A stretch of DNA of 42,767 nt from a virus. Taxonomy: Duplodnaviria; Caudoviricetes. Positions 25,304 to 35,112 of the stretch are shown one piece after another. Under the pieces are notes generated by a model. It made no database searches and had not been told where the DNA came from. It was given only the letters and a program-made list of their open reading frames with translations. The number at the start of each line of letters is the position of its first letter. The first letter of the stretch is position 1. The position numbers were made by a program, and so were the translations under genes. The stretch covers positions 1-42,767 of the IMG/VR virus record IMGVR_UViG_3300039916_000028, one strand, 5' to 3'.

Positions 25304-25891
25304 ATGGACACCACCCGCAACGCCACCCTCGCGGCGGCGATCCTCTATCTGGCGGCGGACAACGCCGAGGGGCGGATCGTCATCATCAGCCGCGAGCCGG
25401 GCTTCCGCCGGGCGGGCATCGCCCACCCGGCCCGTGCCGAGTACCCGCTGGGCTTCTTCACGGCCGCCGAGCTGGAGCAGCTGCTGAGCGAACCCACCCT
25501 GGCCGTCGAGGTGATCGGCGTGCCGCCGGAGGCGCTGCTGCGCTCGGCCGGCGCGGGCATCACCTTCGCCCACCCGCTCACCGGGGCGGACCGTGAGGCG
25601 ATCCAGCGCGCGGAAAGCGCGGGCCGCGCCATCGCCACCGCGGCGCCCGATGCCGGGATCGAGGCGCAGGCCGCCCGCGACCTGGCCGAGCAGCAGCGCC
25701 GTTCCGGCAGCCACGTCCATTCCCTGGCCTCGCCCGAGCAGGCGGCGGTGACCGAGGGCATGATCGAAGGGGCAGCCGAGACGATCGACGCCGGCAAGGC
25801 TCTGCCGCCCGCAGTGCCGCCGGCGCCGCAGACCCCGGCCGAGGACACCGTCGCCGGCCGTTCCGCGCGCCGCGCCCGGCCGGCCGGCTGA
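25304..25891 (+). CDS. Mu gp35/HI1506-like protein with low-complexity tail
   Basis: GFRRAGIAH motif; follows the capsid gene. Confidence 0.65.
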   Translation: MDTTRNATLAAAILYLAADNAEGRIVIISREPGFRRAGIAHPARAEYPLGFFTAAELEQLLSEPTLAVEVIGVPPEALLRSAGAGITFAHPLTGADREAIQRAESAGRAIATAAPDAGIEAQAARDLAEQQRRSGSHVHSLASPEQAAVTEGMIEGAAETIDAGKALPPAVPPAPQTPAEDTVAGRSARRARPAG

Positions 25892-26319
25892 TGCCGCGCT
25901 ACGCCACCACCGCCGACCTCATTGCCCAGTTCGGGGAGGATGAGGTGATCAGCCTCACCACCCCGGGCGGACAGGACCGCGAGGGCGTGGTGGTGGCGCG
26001 GGCCGAATGGGCGCTCGATGCGGCCACCGGGCTGATCGAAAGCTTCCTGCGGCGCCGCTACCGGCTGCCGCTGAACCCGGTGCCGGTCGAGATCGTCTCG
26101 GCCTGCTGCAAGCTGGCGCGCTTCGACCTGTCGCACGGCTCCAGCCTGGCACCCTCCGAGCAGGTGCGCCTGGCGCGGAAGGACGTGATCGACTGGCTGG
26201 GCATGCTGGAGAGCGGCCGGGCCGAGTTGGCCGGCGCCACGCCGCTGGGCGGCACCTCCGGCGCCATGGTCTCCGACCGGCTCCCCACCGTCACGCGCGA
26301 TACCCCGGCGGGCTGGTGA
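25891..26319 (+). CDS. Head-tail adaptor (Mu gp36, DUF1320)
   Basis: YATTADLIAQFG, RYRLPLNPVP and CCKLARFDL. Confidence 0.85.
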   Translation: MPRYATTADLIAQFGEDEVISLTTPGGQDREGVVVARAEWALDAATGLIESFLRRRYRLPLNPVPVEIVSACCKLARFDLSHGSSLAPSEQVRLARKDVIDWLGMLESGRAELAGATPLGGTSGAMVSDRLPTVTRDTPAGW

Positions 26320-26900
26320 TGGCCGATCCGCTGGAGATCCTGCTGACGCAGAGCCCGCTCGTCGCGATCGACCGCGAGATCGAGGCGCGGCTGAAGGGGC
26401 TCTTCCCGGAAAAGCAGTTCGACCATGTCGTGCTGCCGCCCCGGCTGACGCCGGCCGTCTGGGAACAGCTGACCCGCCGCACCCCCTGCATCGCCCGGGG
26501 CTGGGCCGGCATCACCCCCTCGAAGAGCAATGCGCGGGGCTTCAATGGCGAGGCGGAGTTCGCGGTCTGGCTGGTGGTGCGGCACGACCGCCCGCAGGAC
26601 CAGTTGCGCGGCGCCGATCCGAAGCCCGGTCTCTTCGGGCTGACCGCCATGACGGTGGCGCTGCTGCAGGGGCACACGGTGCCGCAGGTGGGCAGCATCC
26701 AGGTGACGGCCTGCGAGCATACCTTCGCCGAGGGCTTCAACGACGAGCGGGCCGCCATCGTCGCGCTGTCCCTCAAGGTCGCCTTCAACCTCTACGACAC
26801 GCTCGATCCGGGCGCGATCGACGACTTCCTCCGGCTGGGCGTGACCTGGCCCGAGTTCGGCCTGCAGGAGCTTCAGGAGGTGCGCAGTGGCGCAGATTGA
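26319..26900 (+). CDS. Tail terminator-like protein (Mu gp37)
   Basis: Synteny, size and TGATG coupling. Confidence 0.65.
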   Translation: MADPLEILLTQSPLVAIDREIEARLKGLFPEKQFDHVVLPPRLTPAVWEQLTRRTPCIARGWAGITPSKSNARGFNGEAEFAVWLVVRHDRPQDQLRGADPKPGLFGLTAMTVALLQGHTVPQVGSIQVTACEHTFAEGFNDERAAIVALSLKVAFNLYDTLDPGAIDDFLRLGVTWPEFGLQELQEVRSGAD

Positions 26901-27120
26901 GATCAAGCCGGCGCCCGGCCGCGCCGTGCCGCTGCCGGACGGCACCATGCTGGAGGCGAAGGGCCGCACCGTCGAGCGCGACGTCTTCGTGCAGCGCCTG
27001 CTCGACGCCGAGGACGTGGTCGAGGTGAAGCCCCGCAAGGGCCGCACCTCCAGCCAGTCCTCCGACCAGGCGGCCGAGGCGGAGACCACGGACACCACCG
27101 CCGCCGAGAGCCAGGGGTAA
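26887..27120 (+). CDS. Mu gp38-like (DUF2635) protein
   Basis: IKPAPGRAVPLPDGTML...FVQRLLDAEDVV; immediately before the sheath gene. Confidence 0.75.
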   Translation: MAQIEIKPAPGRAVPLPDGTMLEAKGRTVERDVFVQRLLDAEDVVEVKPRKGRTSSQSSDQAAEAETTDTTAAESQG

Positions 27121-27123
27121 GTC

Positions 27124-28617
27124 ATGGACGGCATCAGCTTCAATGAGATCGGCTACGATCTCCGCGTCCCAGGCAACTATGCCGAGGTGCGTCCCACCAC
27201 GAAGAACGTGGGCGTGCTGGAGTGGCCGACGCGGGTCCTGCTGATCGGGCCGGCCGGGGTCAGCGGCGGCGTGGCGGCGGCGAACACGCCCGTCCGCATC
27301 ACCCGCGACGACCACGGCGCGGCCTATTTCGGCACCGGCTCGGCCCTGTCCGAGATGGCGGCCGCCTTCCGGGCCGCGAACACCGACAGCGAGCTGTGGG
27401 CCATGTCCCTGGCCGACGCCTCGGGCGCGACCGCGGCCACCGCGACCATCGCCCTCGGGGGCACCGGCGTGACCGTGGCCTCGCGGGCCTTCTTCTACAT
27501 TGGCGGGCGGCGCGTCAGCGTCACCGTGAAGCCCGGCGACACCGCTGCCACCGTGGCGACGGCGCTGATCGCGGCCATCACCGCCGATCCCCTGATGGCG
27601 GCGACGGCCTCCCTGGTGACCAACCAGACCACGCAGGTGCTGCTGACCTGCAAGGAGAAGGGCGCGCACGGCAACGGGCTGGACGTGCGGGTGGCGGATG
27701 CCAATCCGGACGAGCTGCTGCCGGCCGGCGTGACGGCCGTGGTCACGGCCATGGCCGGCGGCACCGGCGTGCCGGACATCACCACCGCCTTCGCCCGCAT
27801 CGCCTCGGACTGGTACACCGACCTGGTCCTGCCCTGGACCGACAGCGCCACGCTGGGCGCGCTCACCGCCGAGCTGGCGACGCGCTACACCGCGACCGGG
27901 CGGAAGGACTGCCACGGCTGGCTGGCCACCCGCGCCACCCTCGGCCAGGCGACGGCGCTGGGCCTGACGCTGAACAGCCCCTTCGTGACGGTCATGCCGT
28001 TCCGGGGTTCCTCGCCCTCCTCGCCCTGGCAGTGGGCGGCCTCCATGGCCGGCGTCGGCGTCTTCCAGCTGGGCAACGACCCGGCCCGGCAGCTGCGCGG
28101 CCTGGCGCTGCCCGGCATCCTGCCGCCGCTGCCGGCCGACCGCTTCTCGCCCACCGAGCAGGAGCTCCTGCTCAAGAACGGGCACTCGACCCACGACGTG
28201 CTCAGCGACGGCACGGTCGTGCTGCAGCGGGTGATCACCACCTACCAGCGCTCGAACCTGAACGTGGCGAACAAGGCATGGCTCGACGTCATGGTGCCGA
28301 AGACCATGTCGCGCATCCGCTACGACTGGCGCAGCTATGTCGCGCTGACCTATCCGCGCAACAAGCTGGCGGACGACGGCTCGCCGGCGGCCGAGTACGA
28401 CGATGACGTCGCCACGCCGCGCCGCCTGCACAACAGCTGGGCCTCGCGCCTGACCCTCTACAGCCGCCGCGGCTGGGTCGACAACGGCTCGGCCAGCGCC
28501 AAGGCGGCGCTGTTCCAGCGCAACGGCAGCGACCGGAACCGGGTGGATAGCCGGCAGCCGGTCACCATCATCGGCAACCTCATGATCCTGGCCTCGGCCA
28601 TGGAATTCGAGGCGTAA
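27124..28617 (+). CDS. gpL: Tail sheath protein
   Basis: ISFNEI...RVPG, FGTGSALSEM, DPARQLRGLAL and RVITTYQ. Confidence 0.93.
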   Translation: MDGISFNEIGYDLRVPGNYAEVRPTTKNVGVLEWPTRVLLIGPAGVSGGVAAANTPVRITRDDHGAAYFGTGSALSEMAAAFRAANTDSELWAMSLADASGATAATATIALGGTGVTVASRAFFYIGGRRVSVTVKPGDTAATVATALIAAITADPLMAATASLVTNQTTQVLLTCKEKGAHGNGLDVRVADANPDELLPAGVTAVVTAMAGGTGVPDITTAFARIASDWYTDLVLPWTDSATLGALTAELATRYTATGRKDCHGWLATRATLGQATALGLTLNSPFVTVMPFRGSSPSSPWQWAASMAGVGVFQLGNDPARQLRGLALPGILPPLPADRFSPTEQELLLKNGHSTHDVLSDGTVVLQRVITTYQRSNLNVANKAWLDVMVPKTMSRIRYDWRSYVALTYPRNKLADDGSPAAEYDDDVATPRRLHNSWASRLTLYSRRGWVDNGSASAKAALFQRNGSDRNRVDSRQPVTIIGNLMILASAMEFEA

Positions 28618-28622
28618 GGCAC

Positions 28623-28988
28623 ATGCAGACCCTCGGCATCCTCGACGTCGTCTGGCGGGGCAAGAAGATCCCCGCCGAGAAGGGCTCGAAATTCCGCCTC
28701 GGCGGCCTGAAGAACAACGTGGTCCTGGCCGGACGGCAGACGCACCGCGCCCAGGAGTACATCAACAGCAGCTGCGAGCTGACCACGATCCTGAAGCGCG
28801 GCCAGTCCTGGTCGGATATCTGGACCACGGATGAGGGCGAGCTGCAGGTGAACTGCGACACCGGCCAGAGCTACGTCTTCACGGACGCCTTCCTGGAGGG
28901 CGACCCGCCGGACATCACCGGCGGCGAGGGCGGCAAGATCGCCCTGAAGTGGGCGATGAGCGAAGGCGAGGAGATCCAGAATGGCTGA
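28623..28988 (+). CDS. gpM: Tail tube protein
   Basis: 121 aa, follows the sheath; CDTGQSYV motif. Confidence 0.8.
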   Translation: MQTLGILDVVWRGKKIPAEKGSKFRLGGLKNNVVLAGRQTHRAQEYINSSCELTTILKRGQSWSDIWTTDEGELQVNCDTGQSYVFTDAFLEGDPPDITGGEGGKIALKWAMSEGEEIQNG

Positions 28989-29436
28989 TCAGGACCAGGT
29001 CATCAGCATCGGCGCCGAGGACGAAGAGGTGCCCATCGTCTCCGATGGCGCCACTGCGGCCGAGGCGGACGTCATCAACATCTCCGAGGGGGACGACGAG
29101 GACGCGCTGCCGAAGCAGGCCCAGCTTCAGGCGGATGGTTCCGTCATCCTGCCGCTGGAGTTCCCGCTCACCCTGAAGTTCAAGCATGTGAAGAGCGGTG
29201 AGCTGCGCGAGGAGACGTTCAGCGAGTTCCGGATGCATCGCCTGAACGGCGCCGACATGCGCGTCGTCACCAGCGCCGACAAGGGAGACATTGCGCTGAC
29301 CGCCGTCGCGCGCTCCACGCGCATCCACCTGGGCAAGATGCGGCCGATCTACGACCGGCTGGACGCCGCCGATGCCATGGCTTTGGGCCAGGTGGTCAAC
29401 CATTTTATGGCGCCTGGCCAGAAGACTGGCCGCTGA
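28981..29436 (+). CDS. Tail assembly chaperone (gp41-like)
   Basis: MHRLNGADM and YDRLDAADA; between tube and tape measure. Confidence 0.8.
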   Translation: MADQDQVISIGAEDEEVPIVSDGATAAEADVINISEGDDEDALPKQAQLQADGSVILPLEFPLTLKFKHVKSGELREETFSEFRMHRLNGADMRVVTSADKGDIALTAVARSTRIHLGKMRPIYDRLDAADAMALGQVVNHFMAPGQKTGR

Positions 29437-29564
29437 TCCTGGCCGGGCTCGGTGAGTTCTACGGCTGGTCGCGCGCCGAGCTGGAGGCGCTGACCGCCGA
29501 GCAGGCGACCTGGTGGCATAACGCGGCCGCCCTGCTGGAGGAGCGGCGCGCGAAGGAGCGCTGA
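29406..29564 (+). CDS. -1 frameshift extension of the tail chaperone (GpE'/GT-like)
   Basis: Start-less 52-codon frame YGAWPEDWPLILAGLGEFYGWSRAELEAL...WW, entered from CAT TTT A at 29401-29407. Confidence 0.65.
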   Translation, partial: YGAWPEDWPLILAGLGEFYGWSRAELEALTAEQATWWHNAAALLEERRAKER

Positions 29565-29566
29565 CA

Positions 29567-31915
29567 GTGGCGGCACGCGACATGAAGGCCAGCCTGGAGC
29601 TGCGCCTTGCCGACAAGCTCTCCTCGGGGCTGGCGGCGCTGGAGCGCCGCATCGAGCGCCTCCTGAACCTGGTGAAGCGCCTGGACATGTCGAACCTGGG
29701 TGGCGGGGATGCCTCGGTCGGGCGGCTGGAAGGCCGGATCGGCGGGGTGAACCGGCGCCTGGCGGAGACGGCCAGCACGGCCGAACGCGCGGCCGGTGCG
29801 CTCCGAAGGCTGGGGGAAGGCGCGATGCCCAGGGCTCTGGCGGCCGGTGCCATGGCGGCGCCGCTGCTTCTCGCGGCCCCGGGCGGCGGCGGCAGGCTCC
29901 CGCCGGGCGGTGCCATGCCGCTGCTTCTCGCCGGACCGGGCGGCAGTGCCGGCGGCGGTGGCATCCCGCTCACCGGATTCCCTGGCAGCGGATCGCGGCC
30001 GACGCGCAGCTCCGCCCCCATGCCGGGCTTCGGCGAGTTGGCCCTGCTGGGAGCCGGCGCAGGAGCCGCGTTGGGCATGCCGATCCGGGAGGCGGCGGCC
30101 TTCGACGCTCAGCTCCGAGACATCGCCATCACGGCCGGGGCTGTCGGCAACGAGGTCGAGGCGCAGATCGCGCGCATGCGCACGAGCTTCGAGCGCTTGG
30201 CAATCCAGAACGCCCAATCCAGCACATCGGTCGCTGCGGCCGCGCAGTCGCTGGTCGCAGCCGGCCTGCAACCGGAGATGATCGACCGCCTGCTGCCCAG
30301 CATCGCCCGGGTGGCGACCGCCTCCGGCGCCTCCATGGAGGAGCTGGCACAGACGGCTTTCCAGACCTTCAAGACGCTGAAGGTCGCACCGGAGGACATG
30401 GAGCAGGCTTTCGCCTTCATGACCCAGGCGGGCAAGGAAGGCTCCTTCGAGCTGAAGGACATGGCACGCTTTTTCCCCACCATCACCAGCCAGGCGGCGG
30501 CGCTTGGGCTGACGGGGAAGGAAGCGGTGATCTCGCTGACGTCTATGCTGCAGATCGCGCGCAGCGGTACGGCCGATGCCGGGAGCGCAGCCAACAACCT
30601 GAACAATTTCCTGCAGAAGATCAGTGCCCCGGATGCGGTCAAGAATTTCAAGAAGGCCGGCGTCGATATCGAGGGGGTGCTGAAGAACGCGGTCAAGAAC
30701 GGGATCAACCCGGTCGAAGCGGCCCTGGAGAGCGTCCGGCGCGTCGCGGGTACTGATCCATTCAAGATCAACGAGCTTTTCGGTGACATGCAGGTCCGCG
30801 AGTTCCTGATCCCGATGCTGCAGAACCTACGCGAATATCAGCGGGTCCGAGCCGCTGTGAGTGGTGCCGACCTGAAGATCGTCGGCGACGATTGGGAAAG
30901 CCGGATGCGAGGTGCAGACGCGCAGTTGAAGCTCTTCACCGAGACTGTGACGCAGCTCGGCCGTCGAGCTGGCGTAGCCTTCTCCAACACCTTGGGCCCG
31001 CTCAACTCTTTCCTCGGCATCCTGGTCGCTGGCATTGGCTGGCTCGACCGGGAGGCTCCGGGCTCCGTCGACTGGATGCTCGCGGCCACGGGTTGGACCC
31101 TCGGCCTGGTCGCCGCCCTGGCTCTCCTGGGCGTGGTAGCAGGCCCTATCGCCACCGGCTTCCGGCTGCTGCTACCGATCCTGAACCTGCTTCGCATCGG
31201 CTTCCTGCTCGTCGCCAGCGGAATTTCTGGCCTCGGTGCCATCTTCCTGGCAGCAGCGGCCGTGATCGGCGGGGCCGCCTACCTGATCTGGTCCCGCTGG
31301 GAGCGCTTCGCCCCACTCTTCGCCGAGATGTGGCTCGGGATTCGAGGTGCGTTCGAGGGCTTCGCATCCTTCGTCCTCAGCATCTTCACGGCTGATCTGG
31401 AGAGGGGCGCCGCCGGTCTGAGCCGGATGTGGGATGGTCTGAAGATCTTCTTCGACGGCCTTTGGAAGACGGTGCAAGCGCTGTTCGAAGAGTTCGTCCG
31501 CTGGATCGTCGACTGGACCGGAGCCCCTGTCGGCCGTGCGATCGAGGCCATCAAGGCGGTCTGGGGAGGCATGACCGGCTGGTTCCGCAGCCTGATCGCG
31601 GAGTGGCGCGCACCCTTCGACAGCTTCATCGGCGATATCCAGTCGCGAATCGACGGCTTCCGGAACGGCATGATCGGCCGGGCCATCGGGCTGGCCGATA
31701 CGCCGCAGGCGGAAGCTGGCCGCGCGGCGGCGGCTGGCACGGGTGGGCGCGCCTATGCTCCGCTGACAGGTGGCGCCGCCGGCGGGCTCGGGAACATCGG
31801 CGGCCAGATCACCGTCCGGGCAGAGCCGGGAACGCAGGTGACCGACACCCGCTCGAACAACCCGGCCGTCTCGCTGCAGCCGGTCAATCGCGGCGCCACC
31901 ACGGGGCGGCCCTGA
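29567..31915 (+). CDS. Tail tape measure protein
   Basis: AGKEGSFELKDMARFFP and AANNLNNFLQKI core; Trp-periodic C-terminal region. Confidence 0.92.
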   Translation: MAARDMKASLELRLADKLSSGLAALERRIERLLNLVKRLDMSNLGGGDASVGRLEGRIGGVNRRLAETASTAERAAGALRRLGEGAMPRALAAGAMAAPLLLAAPGGGGRLPPGGAMPLLLAGPGGSAGGGGIPLTGFPGSGSRPTRSSAPMPGFGELALLGAGAGAALGMPIREAAAFDAQLRDIAITAGAVGNEVEAQIARMRTSFERLAIQNAQSSTSVAAAAQSLVAAGLQPEMIDRLLPSIARVATASGASMEELAQTAFQTFKTLKVAPEDMEQAFAFMTQAGKEGSFELKDMARFFPTITSQAAALGLTGKEAVISLTSMLQIARSGTADAGSAANNLNNFLQKISAPDAVKNFKKAGVDIEGVLKNAVKNGINPVEAALESVRRVAGTDPFKINELFGDMQVREFLIPMLQNLREYQRVRAAVSGADLKIVGDDWESRMRGADAQLKLFTETVTQLGRRAGVAFSNTLGPLNSFLGILVAGIGWLDREAPGSVDWMLAATGWTLGLVAALALLGVVAGPIATGFRLLLPILNLLRIGFLLVASGISGLGAIFLAAAAVIGGAAYLIWSRWERFAPLFAEMWLGIRGAFEGFASFVLSIFTADLERGAAGLSRMWDGLKIFFDGLWKTVQALFEEFVRWIVDWTGAPVGRAIEAIKAVWGGMTGWFRSLIAEWRAPFDSFIGDIQSRIDGFRNGMIGRAIGLADTPQAEAGRAAAAGTGGRAYAPLTGGAAGGLGNIGGQITVRAEPGTQVTDTRSNNPAVSLQPVNRGATTGRP

Positions 31916-33252
31916 TGTCCGGCTTCCTCAATTCCTTCGGCTCGCTGTCGTCCTTCGACCAGCTCCTCTCCTCCTACACGCAGGTGGCGGCCTTCCGGGG
32001 CGTCACCTTCCACATGGTGGACAGCAGCGATGCCACCGGCCGCCGGCTGGTGGGCTTCCTCTTCCCCGGCCGGGACGACCGGCAGCACGAGGACCTCGGC
32101 GCCCTGGATGGGCCGATCGAGATCCGCGGCATTCTGATCGGCGACGACTATGTCCGCCGGGCGGAGCGCCTGCGGCGTGCCTTCCGCACGCGCGGCCCGG
32201 GCATCCTGGTCCATCCCTGGATGGGCGAGCTGAAGGTGGTTCTGCCCACGCCCGGCAAGATCACCTTTTCCGACACCGAGCTGCGCTGTGCCCGCTTCGA
32301 GGCCAGCTTCGAGCCGTGGAGCGACGAGGCGACGCTCGCGCAGGACACGCTCGGCGACCTGCTCGATTCCCTGGACGAGATGGTCGACCAGGGACGGCTG
32401 CTGCTGGCCTCCACCCTTTCGCCGCTCACCCTGCCGGTCGCCATGCTGCGCTACGCCGAGGCCCTGGTCTCGCGCTGCGCCTCCGGATGGACCCTCCTGC
32501 TGGGCGGCGGCGGCGGCACCGCCTCCTTCCGCAGCGCGGCCTCCCCGTCGATCGCGGCCCTGGCGACGCCGCCCATCTATGGCGATGGCAGCACCTACGC
32601 GGCCGACCTCTCCACGCTGCTGGCAGCCCCGGCCGCCGCGATCGCCGACACGGCTCAGCCCGCCGCGACACCGGCTGTCGGCCTGGTCTCCAGCAGCTCC
32701 ACCGACACGGCCACCGCACCGGACCCGCGTGTCACCGCCGCCCTGCTGCTGACGGCCGTCGACACGGTCTCGCGCGGGGCCACGGCGGCCGAGGCGGTGC
32801 AGGATTCCGCCGTGCCGGATGCCGGCCGCCCCCTCGGCCTCGCTCTGCGCTCCAGCATCCTGGCCGAGGCGGTGCGCGCCGCCGGCTACATCGACTACGA
32901 CAGCCGGGACGAGGCGATCGAATGGCGTTCCCGGCTCGATGCCGCCCTGGCCGATCTCGCGACCGAGGCGGCGGCCGTGGCCGCCCTGCAGCCGATCGCG
33001 GGCAGCGGCGTCTGGCGCGCCATCCGCGCGACGCGGGCCTCCCTGGCGACCGACATGAACGACCGGATCGGGCGGCTGCCGGCCGTCGCCACCCTGGTGA
33101 CGCCCGCGACCATGTCGGCCTGGCTGGTCGCGAACCGCATCGCCGGCGACACGCCCGGACAGATCACCGAGACCATGCTGGAAGTCGTGCGCCGGAATCG
33201 GGTGCGCCACCCCGCCATGGTGCCGGCGGGATCGGTCGAGTACCTGGCGTGA
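31915..33252 (+). CDS. gpN: DNA circularization protein (Mu gpN-like)
   Basis: AAFRGVTF, FPGRD...EDLG, GPGILVHPWMG and RNRVRHPAMVP. Confidence 0.88.
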   Translation: MSGFLNSFGSLSSFDQLLSSYTQVAAFRGVTFHMVDSSDATGRRLVGFLFPGRDDRQHEDLGALDGPIEIRGILIGDDYVRRAERLRRAFRTRGPGILVHPWMGELKVVLPTPGKITFSDTELRCARFEASFEPWSDEATLAQDTLGDLLDSLDEMVDQGRLLLASTLSPLTLPVAMLRYAEALVSRCASGWTLLLGGGGGTASFRSAASPSIAALATPPIYGDGSTYAADLSTLLAAPAAAIADTAQPAATPAVGLVSSSSTDTATAPDPRVTAALLLTAVDTVSRGATAAEAVQDSAVPDAGRPLGLALRSSILAEAVRAAGYIDYDSRDEAIEWRSRLDAALADLATEAAAVAALQPIAGSGVWRAIRATRASLATDMNDRIGRLPAVATLVTPATMSAWLVANRIAGDTPGQITETMLEVVRRNRVRHPAMVPAGSVEYLA

Positions 33253-34484
33253 CCGGCCGCGTCGTCATGCGCCACGGCGGGCGCGTCTATGCCGACTGGA
33301 CCCGGGCCGAGATCAGGCGCGACCTGGGCGAGATCTCCGGCAGCTTCACCTTCGAGTACAACGACCAGGCGCGCGCGGCCTCCGGCCTGCCACCCATGCC
33401 CGGCCGACAGCTGCTCTTCGTGGCACTGGCTCCCGGCTCCACGCAGGTGGACATCGAGGTGGACGGCGAGCTGGTGTTGCGCGGCTATATCGACGACGTG
33501 GACCTGCGGCTGGATGGGGAGCAGATCCAGGCCACCATCACCGGCCGCGACCGCACCGGCGACCTGGTCGACAGCACGGCCAATCCGGACGGGCCGGCCG
33601 AGTACCGCGACCTGACCCTGACGGAGATCGCCCGGCGCCTGGTGCAGCGCTTCGGGATCTCGGTCACGGCGGATGTGGACGTGGGCGCGAAGTTCCCGCG
33701 TTTCAGCCTGGACACCTCCGAGACGGTGTTGTCCGCCCTGGAGAAGGCGGCGCGGCAGCGCTCCGTCCTGACCCTGTCGGACGGCATCGGTGGCCTGCTG
33801 CTCACCCGGGCCGGCCGCAACCGCGGTCCCGCGCCCCTGGTCATGCCGGGCAACGTCCTCTCGCTCGCCACCCGGCTGAGCTGGCAGAACCGCTTCAGCG
33901 ACTACATCGTGAAAGGGCAGACCGAGAACCCGGCCAAGAAGAAGAAGGTCGCGCTCGACGGCACCGCCCGGCCGCTGGACCCGGATGGCCCCGTGGACCC
34001 GAAGCAGGCCGAGGCCCGGAAGAAGAGCACCAAGAGCACCATCGTCATGACCGGCCGGGCGAAGGACCCGGAGGTGACGCGCTATCGCCCCCGCGTCTGG
34101 ACGGTGCGGACGCAGTCCGGTGCCGCCTCGGTCACCGAGCAGGCGGCCTGGCGCATGCGCACCGCGCGCGGCGCCTCCGAGGGGGTGACCTATGCCGTGA
34201 TGGGCTGGCGCGACGGGACGGAGCAGCGCCTCTGGCGGCCCAACGAGATCGTGCTGGTGGATGACGGATACAGCCTCTTCGGCTCCGACATGCTGATCGC
34301 CGGCGTCACCTATCAGGACGGCGAGGAGGGCGCCCGGACGCAGCTGCGCGTCGTCGGGCCCGAGACCTATGACCGGATCGACGAGGGCGACAGCCGCGCC
34401 CGGCGCGAGACCCGGCGCCTGGAGCGCGAGCGCAAGCTGAAGAAGCAGCTGGACGGCACCGCCCGGCCGCTCGGGGAGCGGTGA
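33249..34484 (+). CDS. gpP: Baseplate hub protein (Mu gpP/gp44)
   Basis: GRDRTGDLVDS, RFSDYIVKGQ, VTRYRP and LWRPNEIV. Confidence 0.88.
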   Translation: MTGRVVMRHGGRVYADWTRAEIRRDLGEISGSFTFEYNDQARAASGLPPMPGRQLLFVALAPGSTQVDIEVDGELVLRGYIDDVDLRLDGEQIQATITGRDRTGDLVDSTANPDGPAEYRDLTLTEIARRLVQRFGISVTADVDVGAKFPRFSLDTSETVLSALEKAARQRSVLTLSDGIGGLLLTRAGRNRGPAPLVMPGNVLSLATRLSWQNRFSDYIVKGQTENPAKKKKVALDGTARPLDPDGPVDPKQAEARKKSTKSTIVMTGRAKDPEVTRYRPRVWTVRTQSGAASVTEQAAWRMRTARGASEGVTYAVMGWRDGTEQRLWRPNEIVLVDDGYSLFGSDMLIAGVTYQDGEEGARTQLRVVGPETYDRIDEGDSRARRETRRLERERKLKKQLDGTARPLGER

Positions 34485-35035
34485 TGGACGACGAGACGGC
34501 GATGGCCCTGCGGGGCGCCGCGGTGCGGGGCATGGTGTCGGGCTTCGACGACACCGGGGCCATGCAGACCGTGGATGGCGAGACCCATGAGGGCATCGCC
34601 CGCAGTGCGATCGAGGTGCATCAGCCCTTCGGCTTCGCGAGCCTGCCGCCGGATGATGGAGCCTTCACCATCTTTTTCGCGCTGGGCGGGGACCAGGGCG
34701 ACATGGTGGCGCTGCCACCCATGCATCCGGACTACCGCTTCGGCGGGCTGGAGCCGGGCGAGAGCGTCCTCTACGACTACCAGGGCAACCGCGTGCATGT
34801 GCGGCGCGGCGGCATCGTCGAGATCCTCTCGGCCACCAAGGTACGCATCCTCACGCAGGACGTGGAGATCGAGGCGCCGCTGGGGGTGAAGATCGCCGGT
34901 CCGCTGGTGGTTGATGGGCCGATCACCTCGACCCAGGACATCTCCGACCAGCATGGTTCCATGCAGGAGATGCGGGAGGTGTACAACGGTCACACGAACC
35001 CGCAGGATGGGCCGCCGCCGCAGAAGATGGAATGA
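34484..35035 (+). CDS. Baseplate central spike (Mu gp45)
   Basis: QPFGFASLP, LEPGESVLYD and SMQEMREVYNGH. Confidence 0.85.
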   Translation: MDDETAMALRGAAVRGMVSGFDDTGAMQTVDGETHEGIARSAIEVHQPFGFASLPPDDGAFTIFFALGGDQGDMVALPPMHPDYRFGGLEPGESVLYDYQGNRVHVRRGGIVEILSATKVRILTQDVEIEAPLGVKIAGPLVVDGPITSTQDISDQHGSMQEMREVYNGHTNPQDGPPPQKME

Positions 35036-35083
35036 TGCTCGCCCCGTGAGAGGCTGATGCTGACGTCGGCCATCGGGTAGAAT
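35035..35083 (+). promoter_or_regulatory. Degenerate fourth late-promoter dyad with a near-consensus -10
   Basis: ATGCTCGCCCCGTGAGAGGCT (35035-35055), 22 nt, TAGAAT (35078-35083). Confidence 0.5.
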
Positions 35084-35112
35084 CTCCGCAGCAAAACCGG
35101 ACTTGAGGCGAC

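Noticed and set aside
29845-29960. Imperfect duplication (GAM-PLLLA-PGG) in the tape measure gene
   Set aside because: Local duplications are routine in tape measure proteins and the frame is preserved.
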